This document shows, piece by piece, positions 28,297 through 37,441 of a stretch of DNA of 64,000 nt. The position numbers and the translations under genes are program-made. The stretch's first letter is position 1; the number at the start of each line of letters is the position of its first letter. Origin of the DNA: Candidatus Thorarchaeota archaeon. Lineage in GTDB: Archaea; Asgardarchaeota; Thorarchaeia; Thorarchaeales; Thorarchaeaceae. The notes under the pieces were generated by a model that saw only the letters and a program-made list of their open reading frames with translations, searched no databases and was not told the DNA's origin. The stretch covers positions 1,107,713 to 1,171,712 of the forward strand of contig CP070761.1 in the NCBI GenBank assembly GCA_020348985.1, in the 5' to 3' direction.

Positions 28297-29322
28297 TTGG
28301 ACCTTGTTCTCATAGCATTGCTAGGCATCGGTTTCATTGTGGGTGCGGCAGTAGGTTCTAATGACGAAACTTGGAGTCCTGCTGTTGGTGCTCACATTCT
28401 CACTGTCACTGCGGCGGTGGCTATTGGTGCAATCATCAATTTTGTAGGAGCTGTCTCTCTGGGCGGGGGCGTATCTAACAAAGTAGGTGGTGAGCTAGTC
28501 AACTACACTCCAATGACCAATGAAATGGTATTCGCCATACTCATCTCAATGGCAATATGGCTTCTTGTTGCCTCGGCGACGAAAGGACTTCCGATAAGCA
28601 CAACTCAATGTATCGTAGGCGCCGTCATGGGAATTGCAGCATATGCAGCCTTCTTAGGAATGACAGGTTGGGGTGCTGATACGATAAACTGGGGCATTGT
28701 GATTGAGATCTTTGCTGGCTGGATAGTCTCTCCGATAATCGGATTCTTCATTGCAGGTGTAGTGTACTTGGGGGTCAGGCGTTTTCAGAGAAGAGCCCAA
28801 GGATTTACGGGCAGGGAGAGGCAAGAACAGATAGCAGGGTGGGGTCTGGTAATATTCCTCCTCATTACATCATTGAGCAGGGGAGGCAACGATGTCGCCA
28901 ATGCAGTAGCTCCCCTAGTGGTCATGCCAATGTTTCAAGCCCCCGTTGTCATTAATGGACTAGTCCTTCCCGGATACATTGTCCCATTGATCGCTGGTGG
29001 TCTAGGAATGGCAATGGGTCTGATTGTAGTGGGAAGAAAAGTGATCAAAACCCTGGCCACCGAAGTTGTGACTCTTTCACCTTCTTCAGCACTTTCCGCT
29101 AGCGTGTCTGTATCACTAGTCATGTTTGTTGGCACCTATTTTGGTTTCCCCCTGAGCGGAACCCATGTTCTAGTCGCTGCTCTCATTGCAGTAGGATTTG
29201 TAGCAAAGACAGATGTCAGTTCAAAACAGGTGAAGAACATCATCATCTCGTGGATTATCACAGTTCCAATCTCTGCAGTCTTGGCAATAGCCATATTCGC
29301 AGGGATGCTGTTCATAATCTAA
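28297..29322 (+). CDS. Inorganic phosphate transporter (PiT family)
   Basis: GSND, GLPISTT, GGNDVANA, PLSGTH motifs. Confidence 0.93.
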   Translation: MDLVLIALLGIGFIVGAAVGSNDETWSPAVGAHILTVTAAVAIGAIINFVGAVSLGGGVSNKVGGELVNYTPMTNEMVFAILISMAIWLLVASATKGLPISTTQCIVGAVMGIAAYAAFLGMTGWGADTINWGIVIEIFAGWIVSPIIGFFIAGVVYLGVRRFQRRAQGFTGRERQEQIAGWGLVIFLLITSLSRGGNDVANAVAPLVVMPMFQAPVVINGLVLPGYIVPLIAGGLGMAMGLIVVGRKVIKTLATEVVTLSPSSALSASVSVSLVMFVGTYFGFPLSGTHVLVAALIAVGFVAKTDVSSKQVKNIIISWIITVPISAVLAIAIFAGMLFII

Positions 29323-29325
29323 GGC

Positions 29326-30078
29326 CTAGTCGACGCTTATCTTGGCAGCTTCGTGCATTCTGTGAATCAGAATGTAGTCTTTCGCCAAAGACCCAAGTTC
29401 TTTTGCCTCTTCCTCTGTAAGGTGAACTCTATGACCTGCCAAAGGAGCCACATTCCGAGTCGCTTCTATTATTGCCAAATCCGCAGCTAGTACCAGATTC
29501 TGTGCTCCTTCTGATATTCTTGTGTCGCCAGTGAACGCAATCACGGTTTCGCCAACTTGAATCTTGTATCCAACTGCAGGCATGAGTAAGTCCTTGGCGG
29601 GGTCAGGATTCTCAAGACCAAAGTGCTCCACGTCATGCACATTGATTTTGAAGAAGTCGGAGTCAAATCCAACCCCATCTCTCACTTCTTGTACTCGGAT
29701 TCCAAACTTCGTTGTTGGTCGGTAGACCTCTCTGAAGCTCTTGACCATCTTCAAGACTTCATCACAGCCTGCCGGGACCAGGATGTCGAGTGATGATGTC
29801 CTACCAAGCATCCGCATGAAACCCAGCAAGCTGTGAAGGCCCCCCATGTGATCGAAATGACCGTGAGTTATGCAGACCATGTCGATTTCTTCGACAAAGT
29901 CTGTACCTAGAAGAGCTAGGAGATCTCTCAGAACACCGTCCCCAACGTCTGCTAGAAGGTATTTGCCAGTGAACTTGGACGAGACAACAACAGTAGTGCT
30001 CACTCCTGCTACGCTATAGGGCACGTCCACTCTTACCTCATCGTTCTCCCAACTAGCGGAATAGTTCTCATCAGTCAT
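29326..30078 (-). CDS. MBL-fold metallo-hydrolase (RNase Z-like)
   Basis: D.GDG, THGHFDHMGG, FTGDT, IIEAT, HLT motifs. Confidence 0.85.
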   Translation of the reverse strand: MTDENYSASWENDEVRVDVPYSVAGVSTTVVVSSKFTGKYLLADVGDGVLRDLLALLGTDFVEEIDMVCITHGHFDHMGGLHSLLGFMRMLGRTSSLDILVPAGCDEVLKMVKSFREVYRPTTKFGIRVQEVRDGVGFDSDFFKINVHDVEHFGLENPDPAKDLLMPAVGYKIQVGETVIAFTGDTRISEGAQNLVLAADLAIIEATRNVAPLAGHRVHLTEEEAKELGSLAKDYILIHRMHEAAKISVD

Positions 30079-30152
30079 ATTCGTCACCAAGTGGGTTTTA
30101 GATACCAGTTCAACAAAAGCCTGCCGAGTGTGTATGCCTCAACAATCGTCCT

Positions 30153-30584
30153 TTAGGTGAGGCCTCTAAGCAATACTGCATCATCAGCGTGCTCAGATGC
30201 CAGATCCTCGAACTCGTATGATGCCTCTGGAAGAAAAGAGATCTTTGAGGCTGCTGCGGTAAAGAATTCCTTTAGGGTATCCTGAACAGCGGCAGCAATT
30301 CCAATCAATGCAGAATCGTCTGCTTCAGGGGAGGCACCAGTCTTCAAAGGGAAGTCGTCACTATCCAATCCGGTAATGGGCTCAAGTATCATCTCAGTGA
30401 CGTTTTCCCTGCGGACTCTCATCAAGTTCCGAATCCGTCTTTGTCCCTTCAGCATGATATCTTCGAAAACTGCCCTCGCATCCTGTCTAACAACTCTGTC
30501 AACTATTTCTTCGAAGAAAGCGCTCGACCTCTGTTCAATGTCAAGCGCATAACTGAGCACTGCTCCGAAAGTTCCAAGCTCCAT
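30153..30584 (-). CDS. Ferritin/rubrerythrin-like helical-bundle protein
   Basis: LSYALDIE..S..FFE, RRENVTEMILEPITGL, C-terminal LA.EH. Confidence 0.6.
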   Translation of the reverse strand: MELGTFGAVLSYALDIEQRSSAFFEEIVDRVVRQDARAVFEDIMLKGQRRIRNLMRVRRENVTEMILEPITGLDSDDFPLKTGASPEADDSALIGIAAAVQDTLKEFFTAAASKISFLPEASYEFEDLASEHADDAVLLRGLT

Positions 30585-30585
30585 T

Positions 30586-30672
30586 TAGTCACCAGGCTTC
30601 CTTGCTCGGCCTGTTTCATCATTGCATATATCCCTGATGATTGCTCTATTGAACGAAAGCCCCTGGTAACTA
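30586..30672 (-). promoter_or_regulatory. Long imperfect inverted repeat covering the RBS of the ferritin-like gene
   Basis: On the minus strand TAGTTACCA-GG-GGCTTTC pairs with GGAAGCC-TGGTGACTA (contains GGTGA); inner TCATCA-N13-TGATGA around a TATAT. Confidence 0.5.
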
Positions 30673-30777
30673 GCTAAAATCCAGAATTGTAACCTTCTTC
30701 AATTCCCAATCCTAGAGCATCGAGTTGGTGGCCCATATCATACTGCTTATTTTCTATTCAATATGCTCTGAATAATC

Positions 30778-31635
30778 ATGAGTCCCATTGAGTTGTCAAG
30801 GGATACGATAGTGCGGATTTCAGTCTTCATTGTAATCTACACACTATTTGGGCTGCTTATTCCAATTCAGGGATATGTTTCCATAAGTTTTGCAATTGGG
30901 ACATTGATTACAGCTGTCCTCTATGGCTTTGCTTTGTACTACATGAACACAAACATCCCATTGGGAAGAAAAGCCCGGATATTGATAACATGGATTGCTG
31001 TCTATGTAATTCAGATGCTAAATCCAGTTCTAGAGGGCATCTTTTTCACAACTCAATTTGAGGGGCAACCAGAGTTAGCATTTGGAGCGGTTGTATTTGG
31101 ACTCGTTCTTACTCTACCCACAGCTCTAGTATCAGGAGTTCTGTTCAGTCCAACGGGAGAGGTCACAAGCTTTGATCAACTTAGAAAGAAATACTTCATC
31201 GAATGGACTTCCTCACAGTTTGCAGTACGGTTCATTATCGCATCTATGCTGTGGCTAGTCATATACTACACAATTGGAACTATCATTGCACCATTGGTAC
31301 TTCCCTATTATACTGATGGAGGTGTAGGCTACGACTTGACACTGCCTGCGGCTGAGATTGTAATACTTCTTCAGACCGTTCGAGGATTCATCTATGTCCT
31401 CAGTGTTTTCCCGATTGTCATCTCGGTGAAGCTAGATAAGAAACCGCTTGCAATCATATTGGTTGCACTTCTCTACATCGCAGGCGCGCTGGCCGTCTTT
31501 GTCATATCTGAGCAATTTCCAGTCTACCTACGATTTGTTCATGGAATTGAATTGTTTGTTGATTCATTGATTGCGGGTACAGTGATCTCCTTTATTCTAG
31601 GGAAATCTGACAAATCAATCCAAATCATCGATTGA
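30778..31635 (+). CDS. Hypothetical multi-pass membrane protein
   Basis: About 8 TM segments; visibly more AT-rich than neighbouring genes. Confidence 0.75.
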   Translation: MSPIELSRDTIVRISVFIVIYTLFGLLIPIQGYVSISFAIGTLITAVLYGFALYYMNTNIPLGRKARILITWIAVYVIQMLNPVLEGIFFTTQFEGQPELAFGAVVFGLVLTLPTALVSGVLFSPTGEVTSFDQLRKKYFIEWTSSQFAVRFIIASMLWLVIYYTIGTIIAPLVLPYYTDGGVGYDLTLPAAEIVILLQTVRGFIYVLSVFPIVISVKLDKKPLAIILVALLYIAGALAVFVISEQFPVYLRFVHGIELFVDSLIAGTVISFILGKSDKSIQIID

Positions 31636-31786
31636 GAGCAGTTTTCGGACCCTGAGCTATCAGTGATCTTCATCAGTTTCAGAGCCTTCTCTTCTATGTT
31701 GTTTATTGAAATGAGTATCAAGCGCAGCCATCCCAAGGGCCCAACTAGAATAGTAGGGTGGGTGGGCGGAGACTCCCACAACTTCG

Positions 31787-33250
31787 TCAGAACCACCTAC
31801 TAATCACAACTTTCGACTCGCAGAAGAAATCGACTGCATCCTGTCCCTGACCATGAAGGTCTCCGAAAAATGAGTCCTTCATTCCTGAGAATGGAAACGT
31901 GGCTATCGGTGCTGCAACTCCAATATTGATACCGATGTTTCCGGCCTTCACGCGGTACTGGTACTCTCTTGCAGTCTTCCCACTTGAAGTGAAAACTGAG
32001 GACGCATTTCCGTACCGGTTTGCGTGGATAATGTCAATGGCCTCATCCAAATCCTTGACCTGAATGATGTTGATTACTGGTCCGAAGATTTCCTCCTGGG
32101 CTATGTACATCTCCGGAGTGACCTTGTCAAAGATACATGGTCCAACGAAGTAGCCACTAGGATGTTCGGGAACCTCGATGCCACGACCATCAACGATTAG
32201 GTCTGCACCTTCCTTCAGGCCTTCATCGATGCACTTGAGCACATGTTCCATCCCGCCTTTGGATGCCAGAGGCCCCATTTGCACACCCTCTTCTAGACCG
32301 TTCCCAACCTTCAGTCTTTTTGCACCTTCAACTAGAGCCTGCTTGAGTGGCTCATGGATGTCGCCAACTGCCAGAATAACCCCTCCTGCAAGACATCTCT
32401 GACCTGTGCAGCCGTAGAAGGAAGTCAGAAGGGCGGCTACTGTGCTCTCTAGATTGCAGTCAGGCATAACGGTTAGGAAGTTCTTTGCTCCTGACTGTGA
32501 CTGCGCCCTCTTGCCTTGCTCAGCGCATTTCTGGTAGAGAAGCTTTCCAACTCGAGTAGAACCCACAAAGGACATGCCAACCGTGTCAGGGCTCTCGATC
32601 ATTGCATTTACTACTTCGGAACCGCCGTGAACAAGGTTCAGGACACCCTTTGGAAGACCGAGTTCGTCGATTATCTCAAACTGCTTCACCTGACTCAACG
32701 GGACCTGCGGCGAGGGCTTCACAATGTACGTGTTACCAGTACCAACTGCAAAAGGCCAGAACCATGTCGGCACCATTCCTGGGAAATTGAATGGTGCAAC
32801 GCAGAAGAATACGCCAAGTGGCTGCTTGATTACCATTTCATCGATTCCCGCAGCAATATCCTCAGTGTTGTATCCCATCTGAAGTGAAGGGATACTTGTT
32901 GCGCATTCAATATTCTCAATCGTCCTTCGGTACTCACCGCGCGCTTCGTCGATGATCTTCCCCTGCTCCATGGTAAGTATCTTCGACAGCTCCTCGAAAT
33001 TGTCTTCGAAGGCAGCGCGTATTCTGTTTAGATGTCTAACACGCGTAAAGACAGGTGTCCTTCTCCACCGTTCAAATGCGGCCTTAGCGGCTGCTATTGC
33101 AGCTTCAGCTTCTTCAGCAGTAGACATGGGGGTCTTCGCAATGACTTCGCCGGTTGCAGGATTGAAAACATCTTGGGTCTTCTTGGACTTTGATTCAACC
33201 CAGCGCCCATTGATGTAGTTTTTCACAACTTCTACGGTCACTATGGTCAC
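31787..33250 (-). CDS. mmsA: CoA-acylating (methyl)malonate-semialdehyde dehydrogenase
   Basis: PFNFP.M.P.W..P.A, SFVGST, GAKN, GQRCLA, EEIFGPV, FGDLH.QG.D.V.FF. Confidence 0.95.
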   Translation of the reverse strand: MTIVTVEVVKNYINGRWVESKSKKTQDVFNPATGEVIAKTPMSTAEEAEAAIAAAKAAFERWRRTPVFTRVRHLNRIRAAFEDNFEELSKILTMEQGKIIDEARGEYRRTIENIECATSIPSLQMGYNTEDIAAGIDEMVIKQPLGVFFCVAPFNFPGMVPTWFWPFAVGTGNTYIVKPSPQVPLSQVKQFEIIDELGLPKGVLNLVHGGSEVVNAMIESPDTVGMSFVGSTRVGKLLYQKCAEQGKRAQSQSGAKNFLTVMPDCNLESTVAALLTSFYGCTGQRCLAGGVILAVGDIHEPLKQALVEGAKRLKVGNGLEEGVQMGPLASKGGMEHVLKCIDEGLKEGADLIVDGRGIEVPEHPSGYFVGPCIFDKVTPEMYIAQEEIFGPVINIIQVKDLDEAIDIIHANRYGNASSVFTSSGKTAREYQYRVKAGNIGINIGVAAPIATFPFSGMKDSFFGDLHGQGQDAVDFFCESKVVISRWF

Positions 33251-33319
33251 TTCCGTTGAGGGAGAAGTGCTTCAGTGGTGCAGCTATTTGATTCTTATGC
33301 ACTGTCAGGCTGCAACGTT

Positions 33320-34528
33320 TCATGATGTATGAACAAACTGGACAGCGTTGTCATCACAGACAATGGCGCACAGCCCGCATCCATCGCATTTCTCTGGATT
33401 GACAGTGGCAGTCCCATCTCTAATCTGAATGGCAACGTAGCCTCCATCGGCGCACGCAACTACACACTTCTTGCACGCGGTGCAGAGGTCACTTGAGACC
33501 TCAGCGACAACTGGGGAGAGCTTGGATAACGCCTCCCATGTGATGATCTTGGGCAGCGCTTTACCCACGATTTCTTCCAGTGTTGAGTAACCCTTGCGGT
33601 CCATGAACGAACTGAGATCTGATGTCATGCCTTTGATAATGCCAAACCCATACCACATGGCTGCCGTGCAAACCTGAAGCGTCTTGGCACCGGCCATTAG
33701 ATACTCTGTGGCACTACGCCAGTCTTCGATTCCGCCGATGCCGGAGATGGGAATCTTTGGAAATGCACGTGCTATCTGTGAAACAAAGCGCAGACCTATT
33801 GGTCGAATTGCAGGACCGCAGAACCCTCCATAGGTGCTGAGCTGCTCTTTCGGGTCAGCTCCATAAGCAATTGGATGCGGCGTTGCTGTCTCAACATCGA
33901 TCCCCACCAATGACTCCACAGTATTAATCGCAGCTAGAGCATCGGCACCTCCATTCACCGCCGCTTCGGCTATAGGAACCATATCGGTGACGTTTGGTGT
34001 AAGCTTGACCATCACAGGGAGATTGGTGCCCTTCTTTGCTCCACGTGTTACGGTTTCGACTAAGTCAGCGTTTTGACCAATGGCAGCTCCCATATGACGT
34101 TCTGGTGATCCATGAGGGCAAGAGACATTCAGCTCAATTGCGTCCACTCCTGCATTTGTCATCTTCTTGGCCAAAGAGGTCCATCCTTCTGGTGCAGGGT
34201 CACTCATTATACTAGCAACTATGACAAAATCTTCTGGTGCTTCTTTCTTGATCTTGGGGAGCCAATCGTCAGTCCAAGTTTCCAGTGAAGCCCTAGAGAT
34301 TAGCTCAATGTTGTTCATTCCAATCAAGTCTGGTCCCTTTCGCAGAGCGCCAAGCCGTGTTCTCGGGTCAACAGTTGGTGTTTCTGCAACAGTCTTGATT
34401 ACAGCTCCCCCCCATCCAAGTTTCGCTGCACGAACTATGTGACGTGCATCCATTGTGGGGGGAGCTGATGAAAGCAAAAAGGGATTCTTGAAGCGAATTC
34501 CCGCAAAATCAATCTCTAGCTGTTTCAT
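33320..34528 (-). CDS. preA: Dihydropyrimidine dehydrogenase FMN/Fe-S subunit
   Basis: NPFLLSSAPPT, G.NNIELIS, ELN.SCPHG..ER.MGAA.GQ, KLTPNVT, two C-terminal 4Fe-4S motifs. Confidence 0.95.
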   Translation of the reverse strand: MKQLEIDFAGIRFKNPFLLSSAPPTMDARHIVRAAKLGWGGAVIKTVAETPTVDPRTRLGALRKGPDLIGMNNIELISRASLETWTDDWLPKIKKEAPEDFVIVASIMSDPAPEGWTSLAKKMTNAGVDAIELNVSCPHGSPERHMGAAIGQNADLVETVTRGAKKGTNLPVMVKLTPNVTDMVPIAEAAVNGGADALAAINTVESLVGIDVETATPHPIAYGADPKEQLSTYGGFCGPAIRPIGLRFVSQIARAFPKIPISGIGGIEDWRSATEYLMAGAKTLQVCTAAMWYGFGIIKGMTSDLSSFMDRKGYSTLEEIVGKALPKIITWEALSKLSPVVAEVSSDLCTACKKCVVACADGGYVAIQIRDGTATVNPEKCDGCGLCAIVCDDNAVQFVHTS

Positions 34529-34626
34529 TCATACTCCATCCTTTCAGCAATCAGAGGCACAAGGCAGCCTTCCCCTAAAGTCTTTAGGCCAGTGTTTGCA
34601 TTCAGACTTCGCGTTTGGTGAGGATA

Positions 34627-35964
34627 ATGACAGACGATTTGGTGCCTGAAGAACTAAGAAAAGCTTACACAGACAAGGAGATACTTGCCATAGAGAAGAA
34701 GCACCTGGTGCCCGCAGTTGGGCACTACTATGAAGACCCGATTCTGTTCGTGAAAGGAAAGGGAGCAGTCCTCGAAGACAGTGCTGGAAAAGAATACATT
34801 GACTTATTCGCAGGTATCTGCACAACCATAACAGGATATTCACATCCCAAGTTTGTTGCAACGATCAAGTGGCAAGCTGAGCAGCTTGTCTACACAAGCT
34901 CACTTTACTCAACGATTCCATACGCACTTCTCATCAAGAAACTGGCTGAGATTGCTCCGGCTGGTCTTACGCAGTCTTACATTGTGAACAGTGGATCTGA
35001 GGCAAATGAGCATGCGCTCTTCATGGCTAGGAAGTACAAGCAAAACCCCTATGTTGTCGCCTGTCACCATGCATATCATGGCAGGACTACATTGGCACGT
35101 GAGATAACGACAGCAGGCTGGCGCACCGTACCCGAAGCACATCCTCCTGGCGTTCGTTTTGCTCCTAACGGCTACTGTTATCGCTGTCAATTTGGAAAGG
35201 AGTTCCCAGAGTGTGACTTTGAGTGTGCGCGCTACTTGCGGGAAATAATCCGGACTGAGACCAATAGGGCCATTGCAGCTTTCATCGCAGAGCCGATTCA
35301 GGGTGTTGGAGGCATAGTACAGCCTCCTTCCGATTACTTCAAGATAGTGCACGAGATTGTAAAGGACTTTGATGGCCTTTTCATATCAGATGAAGTCCAG
35401 ACAGGTTTCGGGCGAACGGGCGAGAAATGGTGGGGCATTGAGCACTCTGGCGTGGAACCAGACGTCGTGACAATGGCCAAGGGCTTTGGAAGCGGCATTC
35501 CCATCGGGGGCTTCATGACTCGTCCCGAGATTGCAGAAGATTACACAATGACTGACAGCTTTGCTACTTTCGGTGGCAATCCTTTGTCGTGTGCGGCGGC
35601 ATTGGCTGTCATTGAAATCATAGAGGAGAGCAACTACGTCGAGAGAGCTACCAGGAATGGGGGCCACTTCAAGAAAGAATTGGAGGCACTCAAGGAGGAC
35701 CATCGCTTGATTGGTGATGTCCGCGGACAGGGCATGATGTTGGGAATAGAGCTTGTTCGAGATAGGACCACCAAGGAGCCTGCTTCTGAAGAAATGGTCA
35801 AGCTCATGGAACTCTGTAAGGAAGATGGCCTACTCATCGGTAAGGGGGGTTTTGATGGCAATGTAATCCGCCTTCAGCCACCTCTGGAGTTGACAACAGA
35901 ACAGATTGACAAAGCTTGCGAGATAATTGACAAGTCCCTTGCAGAGATTGAGAAGTCTATATGA
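34627..35964 (+). CDS. Class-III PLP aminotransferase (AGXT2/PYD4-like, probable beta-alanine aminotransferase)
   Basis: DLFAGI, SGSEANE, DEVQTGFGRTG, TMAKG.G.G.P, TFGGNP; located in the pyrimidine catabolic cluster. Confidence 0.88.
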   Translation: MTDDLVPEELRKAYTDKEILAIEKKHLVPAVGHYYEDPILFVKGKGAVLEDSAGKEYIDLFAGICTTITGYSHPKFVATIKWQAEQLVYTSSLYSTIPYALLIKKLAEIAPAGLTQSYIVNSGSEANEHALFMARKYKQNPYVVACHHAYHGRTTLAREITTAGWRTVPEAHPPGVRFAPNGYCYRCQFGKEFPECDFECARYLREIIRTETNRAIAAFIAEPIQGVGGIVQPPSDYFKIVHEIVKDFDGLFISDEVQTGFGRTGEKWWGIEHSGVEPDVVTMAKGFGSGIPIGGFMTRPEIAEDYTMTDSFATFGGNPLSCAAALAVIEIIEESNYVERATRNGGHFKKELEALKEDHRLIGDVRGQGMMLGIELVRDRTTKEPASEEMVKLMELCKEDGLLIGKGGFDGNVIRLQPPLELTTEQIDKACEIIDKSLAEIEKSI

Positions 35965-35995
35965 AAGACTTGTCAGTTGATGGATTGGCGGCCAC

Positions 35996-36322
35996 TCATA
36001 TTTGGGCGGCCTTCGAAGACTGACTAGACCTCTTTCTAAGCATCTGGAAGAATGTGAGCAGTACGAAGGTAACAGCTGACCATACAAGCAAGTCCAAGAG
36101 CAACCCGATTACCAAGAGGGTCATTGGACCAGCCCCAGGATAAACGAACTGCGCCAGCCAGGGGAATGGATATCCATACGACGACATGCCTAGCAACGTC
36201 ATATTTGGCAGAAATCCCGATACCAGAGTTATTGCAGATCCCCCAAAAAGAGAGTACGCCGCTTTCCGACTGAGTGCCATGGATGGTGGCTGCGGAGTTT
36301 CACCAAATGTCATCGCAATCAC
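35996..36322 (-). CDS. Small membrane protein
   Basis: Two TM segments flanking a YGYPFPWL motif. Confidence 0.65.
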   Translation of the reverse strand: MIAMTFGETPQPPSMALSRKAAYSLFGGSAITLVSGFLPNMTLLGMSSYGYPFPWLAQFVYPGAGPMTLLVIGLLLDLLVWSAVTFVLLTFFQMLRKRSSQSSKAAQI

Positions 36323-36454
36323 CAGAAGTTTGCTCTATTAGTTATATCAGAAACTGAACTAACTAATTTTTCGGTGCCAGGACACTCCGCAGGTCCAGTG
36401 AGACGGCATATGGCCGTCCTGAATGGGATGGAGTCTTATTTGTGGGGCATTCGT

Positions 36455-37321
36455 CTAGAGATCAATGAGCTCATCATATGTTTCCGGTCGTCTGTCACGG
36501 TAGAATTGCCAGACATTTCGGACTTCACGAATCATATCCAGGTCGATTTCTGCAACGACCACTTCTTCCTTATCTCGAGAACCTTGAGTGACTATCTGTC
36601 CTCGTGGATCCACTACGTAGCTTGAGCCATAGAATATCCCAGTCCCCCATGGCTCTTCACCAACTCTGTTTGTTGCACCAAGGAAGTAACCGTTTGCGAC
36701 GGCATGAGCTGGTTGTTCAAGCGTCCAGAGATGTTCCGATAGGCCCGCAACGGTCGCGGACGGATTAAAGACAATCTCAGCACCATTCAGGCCCAAAGCT
36801 CGTGCCCCCTCTGGGAAGTGTCTATCATAGCAGATATACACCCCAATGTTTCCAAACTCAGTCTCAAACACTGGGTACCCAAGATTTCCGGGGCGGAAGT
36901 AGAATTTCTCCCAGAAACCGGGATCCAGATGCGGTATGTGGTTCTTTCTGTACCTTCCCAGTATAGAGCCGTCTGTCCCGAAGACTACTGCGGTATTGTA
37001 GTAGACTCCAACCTCTTCCTCCTCGTACATGGGGGCAATCAGGACCATCCCGTGCTGTTTCGCCAGTCTACCCATCCTATCAGTCAAAGGACCAGGAATA
37101 GGTTCTGCATACTTGTACCATCGACGATCTTGCTCAGCGCAGTAGTAGGGGCCGAAGAATAGCTCTTGGAAGCAGAGAATCTGAACGTCCTGCTGTTCGG
37201 CGACTGTAGCAAAGCCCTCATGCTTCCGAATCATCTTCTCAATGTTTTCTTCAATATCCTTCTCTGTTTCAACACTGCCTTCCCATTCAGCCTGAACTAG
37301 ACCTACACGAACCTTCCTCAT
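36455..37321 (-). CDS. Nitrilase-family beta-ureidopropionase (N-carbamoyl-beta-alanine amidohydrolase)
   Basis: FQELF, YRKNHIP, FWEKFYF.PGN.GYPVF, ICYDRHFPE, QFYRDRRP; start trimmed to ATG 37321. Confidence 0.92.
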   Translation of the reverse strand: MRKVRVGLVQAEWEGSVETEKDIEENIEKMIRKHEGFATVAEQQDVQILCFQELFFGPYYCAEQDRRWYKYAEPIPGPLTDRMGRLAKQHGMVLIAPMYEEEEVGVYYNTAVVFGTDGSILGRYRKNHIPHLDPGFWEKFYFRPGNLGYPVFETEFGNIGVYICYDRHFPEGARALGLNGAEIVFNPSATVAGLSEHLWTLEQPAHAVANGYFLGATNRVGEEPWGTGIFYGSSYVVDPRGQIVTQGSRDKEEVVVAEIDLDMIREVRNVWQFYRDRRPETYDELIDL

Positions 37322-37441
37322 CGACTTCAACTCCGTTGAACGGTGCCTTGACCCATTTAGGAGCCGTCTATTAGGCCTTTTCCCCAGCCGCTCCCAAACC
37401 ATTTATGGCAGCATTGCCTGGGGAGGAGGGAGGCCGCTCTC

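Noticed and set aside
30590-30672. Hammerhead ribozyme (CTGATGA...CGAAA on the plus strand)
   Set aside because: Stem III can form, but stem I cannot pair and stem II lacks the closing G-C pair.
30778-31635. Horizontally acquired island suggested by lower GC
   Set aside because: A single membrane-protein gene (intrinsically T-rich) with no flanking repeats, integrase or transposase.
36384-36435. Hairpin GACGGC-N5-GCCGTC with flanking pairing
   Set aside because: Probably an ordinary 3' UTR stem of the ureidopropionase gene; no ribozyme or riboswitch core.
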